A DNA stretch of 64,000 nt from a bacterium. GTDB lineage: Bacteria > UBA8248. The notes under the pieces were generated by a model. That model worked only from the letters and a program-made list of their open reading frames with translations, was not told the origin of the DNA and did not search any database. The translations under genes and the position numbers were made by a program. Location: the NCBI GenBank assembly GCA_965203325.1, contig OZ241875.1, forward strand, positions 1,056,001 through 1,120,000. Direction: 5' to 3'. This document shows, piece by piece, positions 22,202 through 35,502 of this stretch; position 1 is the stretch's first letter; the number at the start of each line of letters is the position of its first letter.

Positions 22202-23324
22202 TTAATCGCGCGCGTTCGCCTTCTCCTGTATCAACGAGAGGAGATAGGCGTCAATGAACGCGTCGATATTCCCGTCCAATACGGCGTTCACGTCCGAGCG
22301 CTCCACGTCCGTTCGATGATCCTTCACCATCCGGTAGGGGTGCAGGGTGTAAGAACGAATCTGGCTCCCGAACCCGATGGTCTTTTTCATGGCGTGCTGC
22401 GCCTCTTTCTCCTCGTCGCGCTTTCTTTTCTCCATCTCGTACAACTGGCCGCGCAGCAGCTTCATGGCCGTCGCGCGATTCTTGTGCTGGCTTCTCTCGT
22501 TCTGGCATGAGACCACGATGCCCGTGGGCATGTGCGTAATCCGCACCGCGGAGTCCGTGGTGTTCACATGCTGCCCGCCGGCGCCCGAACTCCTGAACAC
22601 GTCGACCCGTAAATCGTTCTCATCGATCTCGACTTCCACGTCATCCGACACCTCGGGAACGACGTCCACGGAAGCGAAAGAGGTGTGCCTCTTCGCGCTG
22701 GCGTCGAAAGGTGAAATCCTGATGAGACGATGCACGCCGACTTCCGCCCGAAGATACCCGTAAGCATAATCCCCCTGGATGATCAGGGTAGCGTTCTTGA
22801 TGCCGGCCTCCTCCCCTCCGAGTATGGAAACAAGGCGCGCCTGATACCCCTTCTCCTCCGCCCATCTCGTGTACATGCGCAAGAGCATTTCGGCCCAATC
22901 CTGGCTCTCCACGCCGCCTGCGCCTGCGTTCACGGAGAAAATGGCGTTGGCCCTGTCTTCCTCGGAATCCATGACCAGGTGGAACTCCAGGCGCTCGATC
23001 TCCCGAAAAAGGGAGGAAAGCGTTTTTTCGATATCGCTCAGGAGTTCCGATTCGGACGTTTCTTCCATCTGGAGAAGCTGGAGAAGCTCTTTCTGCTCGT
23101 TGAGTCTCCCGCTGAGGTTCTCCCAGTTGCGGATCGTCTTTTCAAGCGAAGCGCGCTTTCTTAGCGTGTTCTGGGCGGCTTCGGGGTCGTTCCAGAAATC
23201 CTCTTCACCGGCGATTTTATCGAGCCTGGCGCACTCCGCCTCCAGTCGATCGAGGTCAAAGCCGCCCTCGCAGTTCAAGGAGGCGCGCCTCCAGTTGCTC
23301 ACATTTCCTGCATAACTCTTCCAT
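22202..23324 (-). CDS. prfB: Peptide chain release factor 2, expressed via programmed +1 frameshift
   Basis: SPF and GGQ motifs. ATG at 23324 encodes MEELCRKCEQLEARLLELRGRL followed by CTT-TGA-C; the +1 frame continues DLDRLE. Confidence 0.96.
23255..23270 (-). promoter_or_regulatory. RF2 +1 frameshift signal (internal SD-like sequence plus CTTTGAC)
   Basis: Minus strand reads CGAGGGCGGCTTTGAC; CTTTGAC occupies 23261-23255. Confidence 0.93.
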
Positions 23325-23400
23325 CTACATCTCCCATCTTTCGAATTCGGACTCCATGCCCCTCGGCACGGAGTCCAGCCGGGCGGTTCCAGCTATCATA

Positions 23401-24936
23401 TCACATCCGCGGCCTCCGTCTGGAGCGGAACAACAAAACCGCCGCCGCGGAGAAGAAAACACAGATATAGGCGAACATATCCCCCACCCTGGCGTACAAG
23501 CTGGGACGATCTTTTTTCAGCGATACGGCATCGGCGTGCACCCACTCCTCGAACAGGGGGCTTCGTACCCGAATTGCTCCGGTGGGGTCGATGAGCGCGC
23601 TGATTCCCGTGTTGGCCGATCGGACGATCGGCATCCGGAATTCCACCGCCCGGAACGCCACCATCGAGAGGTGCTGCTCGGAGGCCGCCGTCTCGCCGAA
23701 CCACGCATCGTTCGTGATGTTGACGAGAAACTGCGCATCTTTCATCCGCCGCACCACGCGGGGGAAAATCACCTCGAAACAAATCAGGACGCCGAATTTC
23801 CCCTGCGCGGCGTCGAATATCTCGGGCCGATCCCCGGGCCTGAACGCGCCGATGACCGGCACGAGTTTTTTCACGAAAAACAGTAACTTGCCGAGCGGGA
23901 CATATTCGCCGAAGGGGAGCAGGTGCATCTTGTCGTACCGGCCGGTTTCGGTGCCCTCCGGGCTCAAGAGATAGGCCGAATTCGTCAATTTGGGGCCCTG
24001 TTTCACTTCCCGCTTCCCGATGACGCCGAAGAGCAGGTGGGAATTCGCGTCCTTCGCGATATCGCGGAGATACTTTTGTTCGGATGCGTGTCTTCCGTAG
24101 ACAAGGGGCGCCGCCGCCTCCGGCCAGGCGATGAGGGGGGGAGCGGTCGATTCATCTTTCGGGAAACGCCCTCTCAAATCCTTCGTCAGCCTTCCCATCT
24201 TCTCGAGAATGCTCCTCCGCCACTTGGGAGACCACTTCACGGACTGATCGACGTTGCCTTGTACGATGCCCACCGCGCGCGACTCGCCTCGCGTCTCAAG
24301 CGGCACCTCATGGAGCCGCAGGTATCCATAGCCCCACACGAACGCTGCGGCGAGCGAGACGCTGATGACGAGGGCGAAGGGCGCCTTCCGGGGAAAACGG
24401 AAGAAATGCCAGATCGCCGCGTTCACGAACACGATGAAGAACGACACGCCGTATACGCCCACCAGATCGGCGATTTGGATGACGTGTAAATAGCGGTACT
24501 GGCTGTAGCCCAGCAGCGCCCACGGGAAGCCGGTCATGAAATAGGCGCGCAAAAGCTCCAGGGAGACCCACAGCGGCGCCGCGAGGAGGAAAGTGAGAAC
24601 GGAGCCGCCCGCATGGATGCGCACCATGCAAAATGCGAACAGCGCCGGGTAGAGCGCCAGATAGAGCGCGAGGACGGCGGTGATCAGCCACGCGAGCGAC
24701 GCCGGCAGCCCGCCGTAGGTGGCCATCGAAATCTTGACCCACCAGATGATGACCCCGAAGGAAACCAGACCGCTCACCAGCCCCAGGGTGAACGCTTCGT
24801 GCGGTTTCTTGCCTTCGAGCACCCACAAGAGGGGGACGAGGGCGATCCAGGCCAGCATCTCGAAGCGAAACGGCGGGAACAGGGACGCCACCAAAAGGCC
24901 CGAGAATATGGCATAACCGATGTCCTTCGCTTTCAA
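23401..24936 (-). CDS. lnt: Apolipoprotein N-acyltransferase
   Basis: TGFPWALLGY, QGNVDQ, WPEAA, YDKMHLLPFGEYVP, ICFEVIF, NDAWFG, RSANTGIS. Confidence 0.96.
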   Translation of the reverse strand: MKAKDIGYAIFSGLLVASLFPPFRFEMLAWIALVPLLWVLEGKKPHEAFTLGLVSGLVSFGVIIWWVKISMATYGGLPASLAWLITAVLALYLALYPALFAFCMVRIHAGGSVLTFLLAAPLWVSLELLRAYFMTGFPWALLGYSQYRYLHVIQIADLVGVYGVSFFIVFVNAAIWHFFRFPRKAPFALVISVSLAAAFVWGYGYLRLHEVPLETRGESRAVGIVQGNVDQSVKWSPKWRRSILEKMGRLTKDLRGRFPKDESTAPPLIAWPEAAAPLVYGRHASEQKYLRDIAKDANSHLLFGVIGKREVKQGPKLTNSAYLLSPEGTETGRYDKMHLLPFGEYVPLGKLLFFVKKLVPVIGAFRPGDRPEIFDAAQGKFGVLICFEVIFPRVVRRMKDAQFLVNITNDAWFGETAASEQHLSMVAFRAVEFRMPIVRSANTGISALIDPTGAIRVRSPLFEEWVHADAVSLKKDRPSLYARVGDMFAYICVFFSAAAVLLFRSRRRPRM

Positions 24937-26842
24937 GATTCGCTCCTCCGGGGAGCGCTCTTCCCGGGTTCTTCGACCAACGCGCCCTCGCCTCCGAGTT
25001 TTTCCCGCAAGGCGGCGACGAGGTTCGGCGTGATGCCCTCCACTTCGAGGAGCTTGAGATCGCTCGCCTCCAGAACGCCCCGCAGGCTCCCGAACGTCCG
25101 CAAGAGCGCGCGCCTGCGCTTGGGGCCGAGACCCGGCACGTCATCGAGGCCGCTCCTGATCCCGGTGCGCCTGCGGCGCGTCCGGTGGAACGTCAGGACG
25201 AAGCGGTGCACCTCGTCGCGGATTTTCTGGAGCATGAGCTTCGGCGCGCTCCCCTCTTTCAATTGAACGGGGTCCGGCTGCCCGGGCAGGAAAACCACGT
25301 CCTGCGCTTCGGGGTTCTCGGAACTTCTGCCCTTCGCGATCGCGCATAGCGCCACGTCCGCAAGCCCGAGTTCCTCCAAGGCCGAGGCGACCGATGAGAG
25401 CTGCCCCTTCCCCCCGTCTATCACCAGAAGGTCGGGCATCTCGCCTCCCTCGTTCACCAGACGCTCCAGGCGCCTGAACACGATCTCGCGCATGGAGGAA
25501 TAATCATCCGGCGATTCCGCCACGCTCCTGATCTTGTAGCGGCGGTAGCCGTCCTTGAGCGGGCGCCCGTCCTGGAACATGACGCTCGCGCCGACGATGT
25601 TGCTGCCCTGCAGATTCGACACGTCGAACGCCTCAATCCGCACCGGCAGTTCTTCGAGTCCCAGCGCCCGGCGGATATCTTCGAGCGTCTGCTGCTCCTT
25701 GCTGAGGAGGGCGTTTTCCTGCTCCTGGGCGTGCGAAGCGTTTTCGCTCGCCATCTCGACCAGCCGGCGCTTGTTTCCCCGGCGGGGATGAAAAACGGAC
25801 ACCTTCTTCCCCCGCTTTCCGGACAACCACTCTCCGATGAGCGAAGCGTCGCCCACGGCGGAGGGCAGGAGCACTTCATCGGGAAAAAACGTCTTGTCCC
25901 CGTAATACTGCTTCACGAACGCGGAGACGACCTCTCCGTCGGGAACGCCTTCGCGGGCGGCCACCTGGAACCCCTGGTCGCCCAGCAGCCTGCCGCCCCT
26001 GATGAAAAACAGGCGGAACGTCGCCTTCTCATCTTCCCTGTGACAGCCGAGCACGTCCTGATCGCCCCCCTTCACCGAAAGCATGGTCTGCCGCTCGGTG
26101 ACGTGCTCGATGCCCTGTATCTGATCCCGCACCTTCGCGGCGGCCTCGTATTGCAAATCTTCGGAGTATTCCTTCATCTGCTTCCTGAGCCTTCGAACCA
26201 GTTCCTGGTTCTTCCCCTTGAGGAAATCAAGCGCGTCGTCGACGCCGCCCCTGTACGCATCTTTGCTTTGAAGATCGTCGCACGGCCCCAGGCACTGGCC
26301 CATCTGGAAATAGATGCACCGCTTCGCCGTCTTGTCCTCAAGCCCGCCCGTACAGGGCCTGATGTGAAACGTCTTCTGCAAGAAGCGGATCGTGCGCCGC
26401 AGGCTGCTCGCCGAGGGGAAGGGCCCCAGGTAGGAATCGCCGTCACCCGCGGGGCGACGGACGATGCTCAGGCGCGGGTAGTCCTCGCCCGTGCTCAGCT
26501 TCATGTAGGGAAAATGCTTGTCGTCGCGCAAAAGCACGTTGTGGCGGGGCTTATGCTTCTTGACATAGTTGCTCTCCAGGATGAGCGCCTCGATTTCATT
26601 GGCCGTCACGATGTGCTCCAGCGTGGATGATTCCTCCACCATCTTCTGAATCCAGGGACCCCGGCCGGTCCTCTTGGCGAAGTAGCTGCGCACCCGGCTT
26701 CTCAGGCGCAAGGCCTTGCCGACGTAGAGCACGTCTCCCGCACGGTTCCTGAAAATGTAAATCCCCGGTTTTTCGGGCAAGGACTTCAGAAACGAGCGGT
26801 CCTCTTCCACGGAAACGGAGCTCGGGGAAAGGGCGGAATCAC

Positions 26843-26846
<4 letters not shown>
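24933..26846 (-). CDS. uvrC: Excinuclease ABC subunit C
   Basis: GIY-YIG domain (PGIY, LYVGKA), UVR domain, DGGKGQ, RDEVHRF, HhH. ATG at 26846 overlaps the uvrB stop (ATGA). Confidence 0.96.
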
Positions 26847-28852
<2,006 letters not shown>

Positions 28853-28939
28853 GAAGGGTCCTCTGCTCCCGAGTCAGGCGCTCGAAAAAACGAGCGATAA
28901 AAGTTTAGCGGATAAAGGAGGGCTGATAAACCTTGCGGG

Positions 28940-29467
28940 TCAGGCGAGAGGCGTGGGTTGAAGATATTTTTCCCATACTTGCTGCACTGCACGGGGAAAC
29001 CGATGATTCAGGTGATGGAATATGAACGATTTCGGTTTTTGGGGCTGTTTTTTCAGTTTCAGTCTGGCCTCGTCCGGCGTGCGGTCCCCTTTTTTCGCAT
29101 TGCATTTCCGGCAACTGCAAACCACGTTCTCCCACGTGGAGCGGCCGCCGCGCGAGCGCGGCAAAACGTGATCCACCGTCAGATACCCGCCTTTCGCCCC
29201 GCAATACTGACAGGTATTCTCGTCGCGGCGCATCACGTTCTTTTTGCTGAACGGAACCTGGCTTCGGCGCGGGACGTATACATACGTTCTCAGCCGTATG
29301 ACGGCGGGCAGGTGAAACTCCATCGCCTCGCTGCGCACGAGCAGGCCGTTCGTTTCCACTGTATCCGCTTTTCCGTTGATCATCATGCGGATCGCACGAC
29401 GAGCGTTGCAGACGTTTATCGGCTCATACGTCTGATTGAGCACCAAAACACGCGATTGTTCGAACAC
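28940..29467 (-). CDS. HNH endonuclease (McrA-like)
   Basis: VLVLNQTYEP, P.VIRL, RRDENTCQYCG, TVDHVLPRSRGG..TWENVVCSCRKCNAKK; probable GTG start at 29467. Confidence 0.88.
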   Translation of the reverse strand: MFEQSRVLVLNQTYEPINVCNARRAIRMMINGKADTVETNGLLVRSEAMEFHLPAVIRLRTYVYVPRRSQVPFSKKNVMRRDENTCQYCGAKGGYLTVDHVLPRSRGGRSTWENVVCSCRKCNAKKGDRTPDEARLKLKKQPQKPKSFIFHHLNHRFPRAVQQVWEKYLQPTPLA

Positions 29468-29606
29468 CCTATGCGCTCCCCTTGAGACAAGTGGGCGACG
29501 GGATACAAACACGATTTGCGCATCCCTTTATGTCGACCCCGCCTGTCCTTGTCAACGAGCGATCGCTTTTTTCGGATATTGCGAAAACGGCAACGCAAAC
29601 TTATAA

Positions 29607-31895
29607 TTGATGATCTCCGCAAAATGCGGAGGGACGCTTCGAAAATTCGCCTTCCCCAAGAGGATCGCCCCGTTGTTGCCCCGTTCCGGACGCGGAAAAA
29701 CAACCCTGCTGATACTATGCGCCCTGGCTATTGCATGCGGCATGGGTGTCGGCGCGAGCTTTACCTATCTATACGATTTCCCCGAACTCGATCGTCTCCA
29801 CAACTACAAACCCAACACCATCACGCGCATTTACGCCCGCGGAGGCGAACTACTTGCGGAATTGTACCAGGAGAGAAGAAAGCCCATCCCCTTGAAGCAA
29901 ATCCCCACAACACTGCAGCAAGCGTTCCTGGCCATCGAAGACAGCCGCTTCTATGACCACCCGGGCGTCAGCTATCCCGATATTTTCCGGGCGTTCATCA
30001 AAAACCTGAGTGCGGGCCAATTCGTGCAGGGCGGCAGCACCATTACCCAGCAGTTGGCGAAAGTCCTCTTCTTGACGCCCGAGAGAAAACTCAAGCGGAA
30101 AATCCGGGAAGCCCTCCTGGCCCTGGAGATCGAGCGGCGCTTCACGAAAGATGAAATACTCGAATTCTACATGAATCAAATCTACCTCGGCAGCGGGGCG
30201 TACGGAGTGCAGGCGGCGGCCCAGGTGTATTTCGGAAAGACGGTCGCACAACTCACGCTGGCCGAATCCGCCATGATCGCGGGGCTGCCCAAGGCGCCCA
30301 CGCGTTTCAACCCCAGAACCAATCCCGAAAAAGCCCTGAATCGACGCAACCTGGTCATCAACAGAATGCGGGTATCGGGCTTCATCACGGAAGAGCAGGC
30401 GAAAACCACCCGCGAAGCGCCTATCGAAGTGATCCCCCGGACAGCCAATATTGTACCCGAAGCGGCCTACTTCATCGAAAAAACACGCTTGGGCCTGAGC
30501 CGCAGATTCGGGCAATCCCTTTACAAAAGCGGTCTGCAAATCCATACGACGGTCGATATCGGCTTGCAGAAGATTGCCCACGAAGCGCTCTTGAACGGGA
30601 TCGGGAAGATTAACAAGAAGCGCGGATTCAAGAGTCCAGGAGAGAAAATCAAGAGGCCGCCGCGTTTGGGGGACAGGTTCCAATTCCACACTCTGGACAT
30701 CGCGGGCAACGTGGTGAGCGGAATCATCGGGGATTACGAGGCGGAGATGCCTCTACCCAAACACATCGACCCCAAAAGGCTCCGGGAAGGCGACCTGCTT
30801 CTGGGGCGCGTGGTCAAGGTGGACCGCGCCTCGAAAAAACTCTTCCTGGATTGGCAGGAGACCGTGCAAGGCGCCGTCATCGCGTTCGACTCCAAAACCG
30901 GAGCGCTCCGCGCCCTGACGGGTGGAACCAACTTCCGCCGCTTCCCGTTCAACCGCGCCACGCAGGCGCGGCGCCAGCCGGGTTCGGCTTTCAAGCCCAT
31001 CGTCATGGGGACGGCCCTGTCCCAGGGCTATACGCCCACGCACATTCTCATGGATACCCCCTTCGTCCGCCGGATGCCGGGAACGCGCAAGGACTGGAAA
31101 CCCAGAAACTACACCAACAAGTTCTACGGCCCCGTCACGATGAGAAGGGCTCTCGAGTCTTCACTCAACCTGGCCACCATCAAGCTGCTCGACCAAATGG
31201 GCCCGAAAAAAGCGATCACGTTCGCGCATCGGCTCGGCATCCAATCGAAAATGAGTCCGTATCTTTCGCTCGCGCTCGGCTCCATCGAGGTGTCGCCATA
31301 CCAGTTCACGGCTTCCTACATTCCGTTCGCGGCGCGGGGCGTGTATGCGCGGCCCTACGAGATCATGAAAGTCACCGACGGGAGAAACCGGGTGCTGGAA
31401 GACAACGTTCCCACGACGCACCTCGCCATCGCGCCCGAGACGGCCTATCAAATGAAAATGCTGCTGCGCGGCGTCGTCACGAACGGAACCGGGAAAAAAG
31501 CCAAAGATATCGGCGCGTTTCTGGCCGGAAAAACCGGCACCACGAACGAATTCAGGGACGCCTGGTTCATCGGTTTCTCCGAAGACCTCGTGCTGGGCGT
31601 ATGGGTGGGCCGCGACGACAACAAGCATATGGGCTACCGGGCTTCGGGCGGAAGCGCGGCCCTGCCCATCTGGGTCGAGGCGATGAAAGGCTGGCTCGAA
31701 GGCAGGGAATCGGAAGTTCGCACTCCCGAACCGCCGCCGGGCATCACCCTGGTGCAGGTGGATTCGCGCTCCGGTCAACTGCCCTCGGCCTGGTGCGAGG
31801 GGGAGCCGATAACGGAAGCCTTTGTGGAGGGGACGGAACCTTCGGAGCCTTGCGCCCGAAAATCCCGCCTGCCGGCGATACTGAGCGGCGGTTAA
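29607..31895 (+). CDS. mrcA: Penicillin-binding protein 1A (class A, transglycosylase/transpeptidase)
   Basis: EDSRFYDHPG, GGSTITQQ, RKIRE, SAFK (SxxK), SLN and KTG motifs; start approximate. Confidence 0.94.
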   Translation: MMISAKCGGTLRKFAFPKRIAPLLPRSGRGKTTLLILCALAIACGMGVGASFTYLYDFPELDRLHNYKPNTITRIYARGGELLAELYQERRKPIPLKQIPTTLQQAFLAIEDSRFYDHPGVSYPDIFRAFIKNLSAGQFVQGGSTITQQLAKVLFLTPERKLKRKIREALLALEIERRFTKDEILEFYMNQIYLGSGAYGVQAAAQVYFGKTVAQLTLAESAMIAGLPKAPTRFNPRTNPEKALNRRNLVINRMRVSGFITEEQAKTTREAPIEVIPRTANIVPEAAYFIEKTRLGLSRRFGQSLYKSGLQIHTTVDIGLQKIAHEALLNGIGKINKKRGFKSPGEKIKRPPRLGDRFQFHTLDIAGNVVSGIIGDYEAEMPLPKHIDPKRLREGDLLLGRVVKVDRASKKLFLDWQETVQGAVIAFDSKTGALRALTGGTNFRRFPFNRATQARRQPGSAFKPIVMGTALSQGYTPTHILMDTPFVRRMPGTRKDWKPRNYTNKFYGPVTMRRALESSLNLATIKLLDQMGPKKAITFAHRLGIQSKMSPYLSLALGSIEVSPYQFTASYIPFAARGVYARPYEIMKVTDGRNRVLEDNVPTTHLAIAPETAYQMKMLLRGVVTNGTGKKAKDIGAFLAGKTGTTNEFRDAWFIGFSEDLVLGVWVGRDDNKHMGYRASGGSAALPIWVEAMKGWLEGRESEVRTPEPPPGITLVQVDSRSGQLPSAWCEGEPITEAFVEGTEPSEPCARKSRLPAILSGG

Positions 31896-31940
31896 GACGC
31901 AGACGCGCCGGTGGGGTGTGAATTCCGAGTGAGAAGGGGG

Positions 31941-31955
31941 TTTTTCAACAACCCC
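31941..31955 (-). repeat. IS/MITE-like terminal sequence GGGGTTGTTGAAAAA
   Basis: TTTTTCAACAACCCC is the exact reverse complement of 62556-62570. Confidence 0.5.
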
Positions 31956-32034
31956 GTATCATGAAAATTGAAACATATCGACGACATGGCCTTTCACCCT
32001 GCGGACGGTAGTTCCGCGAGAACGCACGAGGAGC

Positions 32035-35000
32035 GTGATGATTAACCAGCCGCAAACCAATTTCCGCCGACTCCTGGTCGCCAACCGGAGCGAGATCGCC
32101 ATCCGCGTGTTTCGCGCCTCGGTCGAACTCGGCATCGAGACGATCGCTATCTATTCACAAGAAGACCGCTTCGCCCTGCACCGCTTCAAGGCGGATGAGG
32201 CCTACCTGGTGGGCCGGGGGATGGGCCCGATCGAGGCCTATCTCAGCATCGAGGAGGTGATACGCGTCGCACGCGAGAACGCCACCGACGCAATCCACCC
32301 CGGCTACGGCTTCATGGCCGAAAACCCCGATTTCGCCGAGGCCTGCGCGGACGCGGGCATCGCCTTCGTCGGGCCGAATCCCGATATCCTGCGCGCGCTC
32401 GGCAACAAGGTGGCGGCGCGCGAGCTTGCGGTGTCGGCGGGCGTTCCGGTGGTTCCAGCGACCGGCCCGCTCCCCCGCGACCCAGAGGAGGCCGCGCGCC
32501 TCGCCCGCGAAGTCGGTTTCCCCGTCATGCTCAAGGCGAGCTGGGGCGGCGGCGGACGCGGCATGCGCACGATCGAGAACGAGGCCGAGTTCGCCGACGA
32601 GGTCGAGGCCGCGCGGCGCGAGTGCCTGGCGGCGTTCGGCAACGACGAGGTCTATCTCGAAAAACTGATTCGCCGCGCGCGCCACGTCGAGGTCCAGATC
32701 CTCGGCGACAACCACGGCAATCTGGTGCACCTCCACGAGCGGGACTGCTCGGTGCAGCGGCGCAACCAGAAGATCGTCGAGCAAGCGCCGGCGCACTATC
32801 TCGATGAGGCGACCCGCGCGGCGATCCACGAGAGCGCGCTCAAGATAGGCCGCGCGGTGGGCTACAACAACGCCGGCACCGTCGAGTTCCTGGTCGACGA
32901 CGACACGGGCGCGTTCCACTTCATCGAGGTCAATCCGCGCATCCAGGTCGAGCACACGGTCACCGAGGTGGTGACCGGCGTCGACCTCGTACAGGCGCAG
33001 ATCCGCATCGCGGGCGGGGCCGCTATCGGTAAGCCCGAGAGCGGAATTCCGGGCCAGGACGAGATTCGGGTGAACGGACACGCCATGCAATGCCGGGTGA
33101 CCACCGAGGACCCGGAGAACAATTTCATTCCGGATTACGGCGTGCTCACCAACTATCGCGGCGCCACCGGGTTCGGCATACGCCTGGACGGCGGCACCGC
33201 CTATTCGGGCGCGCGGATCACGCCGTATTACGACTCGCTGCTGGAAAAGGTGACGGCCTGGGCGCCGACGTTCGAAGAGGCGATCCGGCGGATGAGGCGG
33301 GCGACCGTCGAATTCCGCATCCGCGGCGTCGCCACCAACCTCGCCTTTCTCGATAACGTCATCAGCCATCCGCGGTTCCTCGAGGGCGCCTGCACGACGC
33401 GCTTCGTCGACGAGACGCCGGAGCTGTTCCACTTCGAATACAGGCGGGACCGCGCGACCCGGCTGCTGCGCTATCTGGGAGAAGTGGTCGTCAACGGCAA
33501 CGCCGCCGTCGAAGGCCGGGCCAAACCGCCGACGCACCAGACGCCGAGCGCGCCCGAGGCTCCCGGCGTCGAGGTCCCGGACGGCACGCGCCAACTGCTC
33601 GATGAACTCGGGCCCGAGGCTTTCTCCCGGTGGATGCTGGACCAGGAGCGGGTGCTGATGACCGACACCACGTTCCGGGACGCGCACCAGTCGCTTCTGG
33701 CGACGCGGGTCCGGAGCTACGACCTGGTCGCGGTCGCGCCGGTCTATGCGCGGCTTTTGCCCCAGCTTTTCTCGGTCGAATGCTGGGGCGGGGCTACCTT
33801 CGACGTGGCGATGCGCTTTCTCAACGAATGCCCCTGGGCAACGCTCGAACGGCTGCGCGCCGCGATGCCCAACCTCCTGACCCAGATGCTGCTGCGCGCG
33901 TCGAACGGCGTCGGCTACACCACCTACCCCGACAACGTGGTGCGCTATTTCGTGCAGCAATCGGCCGAGAACGGGATAGACATTTTCCGCATCTTCGATT
34001 CGCTCAACTGGGTCGAGAACATGCGCCCGGCGATGGACGCGGTGCTGGAAACCGGAAAGCTCTGCGAAGCGGCGATCTGCTACACCGGCGACATCACCGA
34101 CCCGGGCCTCACCAAGTACGACCTCAAATACTATGTCGCGCTCGCCCGGGAACTCGAAGCCGCGGGCGCCCACATCCTGGGCCTCAAGGACATGGCGGGT
34201 CTTTGCAAGCCTGCGGCGGCCCGGCTCCTCGTCGAGACCCTGAAAAAAGAGATCGGCATCCCCATCCACTTCCACACCCACGACACCAGCGGTATCTCCG
34301 CGGCAAGCGTGCTCGCCGCGGCCGAGGCCGGGGTCGACGCCGTGGATGCGGCGATGGATTCGATGAGCGGACTCACCTCGCAGCCGAGTTTCGGCTCGAT
34401 CACCGCGGCTTTGCGCCACTCCGAGCGCGACCCCGGGATCGACCCCGATACGGTGATGACCCTCTCCACCTACTGGGAGCAGGTGCGCAACCAGTACCGC
34501 GCCTTCGAGAGCGAATTCCGCGCCGGCACGTCGGACGTCTACAACCACGGAATCCCGGGCGGCCAGTACACCAACCTGCGCGAGCAGGCGCGCGCGCTGG
34601 GCATCGACAACCAGCGCTGGCCGGAGGTCTCGCGGGCCTTCGCCGAGGTCAACCGCATGTTCGGCGACATCGTGAAGGTGACGCCCTCCTCCAAGGTGGT
34701 CGGCGACATGGCGCTGATGATGGTGACGGGCGGGCTGACGCCCGAAGACGTGGCCGACCCCGAGCGCGAGATCGCCTTTCCCGAATCGGTGGTATCGCTG
34801 TTTGCGGGCGAACTGGGGCAGCCGCACGGCGGCTGGCCGCGCGCCATGCAGGAGAAGATCCTCAAAGAAAGGGAGCCGATCACCGTGCGGCCCGGATCGG
34901 TGCTGCCCGACGCCGACCTCGAAGCCTGCCGCGAGGAAGCCGAAAAAGACGCCCAGCGCCCGATCAGCGACGCCGAGTTCGCCTCCTGGCTGATGTACCC

Positions 35001-35502
35001 GCAGGTTTTCACCGACTACGCGGCGGCGCGCCGCGATTACAGCGACGTGAGCGTGCTGCCGACGCCGGTTTATTTCTACGGCATGGAGCCGGACGAGGAG
35101 ATCGCCGTCGACATTGAGCGCGGGCGCACCCTGTTCATCCACTATGTCGCGCGCAGCGAGACCGACCAGAAGGGAGAATGCACGGTCTTCTTCGAGTTGA
35201 ACGGGCAGCCCCGGACGGTGCGCGTCGCCGACCGCAGCGCCGCCGCCGCAGTCACGGAACTGCCCAAGGCCGAGGAAGGCGACCCCGGCCACGCCGGCGC
35301 GCCGATGCCGGGGATGGTGACCAAGGTGTTCTTCCATGAGGGCGAGGCGGTCGATGAGGGCGACGTACTGGTGGCGATCGAGGCGATGAAGATGGAAACC
35401 GTCATCCGCGCCGAACGCGGCGGCGTCATCGAGAAGGTCGTTGCGCCGGTCGGCACCACGGTCGACACCAAGGACCTGCTCGTCGTCGTCGGCGACGCCT
35501 GA
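32035..35502 (+). CDS. pyc: Pyruvate carboxylase (single-chain)
   Basis: ANRSEIA, GGGGRGMR, ERDCSVQRR, RDAHQS, WGGATFD, HFHTHD, GGQYTNL, KVTPSSK and AMKM biotinyl motif. Confidence 0.97.
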   Translation: MMINQPQTNFRRLLVANRSEIAIRVFRASVELGIETIAIYSQEDRFALHRFKADEAYLVGRGMGPIEAYLSIEEVIRVARENATDAIHPGYGFMAENPDFAEACADAGIAFVGPNPDILRALGNKVAARELAVSAGVPVVPATGPLPRDPEEAARLAREVGFPVMLKASWGGGGRGMRTIENEAEFADEVEAARRECLAAFGNDEVYLEKLIRRARHVEVQILGDNHGNLVHLHERDCSVQRRNQKIVEQAPAHYLDEATRAAIHESALKIGRAVGYNNAGTVEFLVDDDTGAFHFIEVNPRIQVEHTVTEVVTGVDLVQAQIRIAGGAAIGKPESGIPGQDEIRVNGHAMQCRVTTEDPENNFIPDYGVLTNYRGATGFGIRLDGGTAYSGARITPYYDSLLEKVTAWAPTFEEAIRRMRRATVEFRIRGVATNLAFLDNVISHPRFLEGACTTRFVDETPELFHFEYRRDRATRLLRYLGEVVVNGNAAVEGRAKPPTHQTPSAPEAPGVEVPDGTRQLLDELGPEAFSRWMLDQERVLMTDTTFRDAHQSLLATRVRSYDLVAVAPVYARLLPQLFSVECWGGATFDVAMRFLNECPWATLERLRAAMPNLLTQMLLRASNGVGYTTYPDNVVRYFVQQSAENGIDIFRIFDSLNWVENMRPAMDAVLETGKLCEAAICYTGDITDPGLTKYDLKYYVALARELEAAGAHILGLKDMAGLCKPAAARLLVETLKKEIGIPIHFHTHDTSGISAASVLAAAEAGVDAVDAAMDSMSGLTSQPSFGSITAALRHSERDPGIDPDTVMTLSTYWEQVRNQYRAFESEFRAGTSDVYNHGIPGGQYTNLREQARALGIDNQRWPEVSRAFAEVNRMFGDIVKVTPSSKVVGDMALMMVTGGLTPEDVADPEREIAFPESVVSLFAGELGQPHGGWPRAMQEKILKEREPITVRPGSVLPDADLEACREEAEKDAQRPISDAEFASWLMYPQVFTDYAAARRDYSDVSVLPTPVYFYGMEPDEEIAVDIERGRTLFIHYVARSETDQKGECTVFFELNGQPRTVRVADRSAAAAVTELPKAEEGDPGHAGAPMPGMVTKVFFHEGEAVDEGDVLVAIEAMKMETVIRAERGGVIEKVVAPVGTTVDTKDLLVVVGDA

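Noticed and set aside
29450..29470. GTTCGAAC palindrome as a LexA box
   Set aside because: No spacer as in known SOS boxes, and it lies within the HNH coding start.
28940..29512. HNH gene as IscB/Cas9-like or homing endonuclease
   Set aside because: About 175 aa, with no RuvC motifs, intron context or flanking array.
32155..35337. 1060-aa minus-strand ORF, and the 495-aa plus-strand ORF at 33630
   Set aside because: Shadow and alternate frames of the very GC-rich pyc gene.
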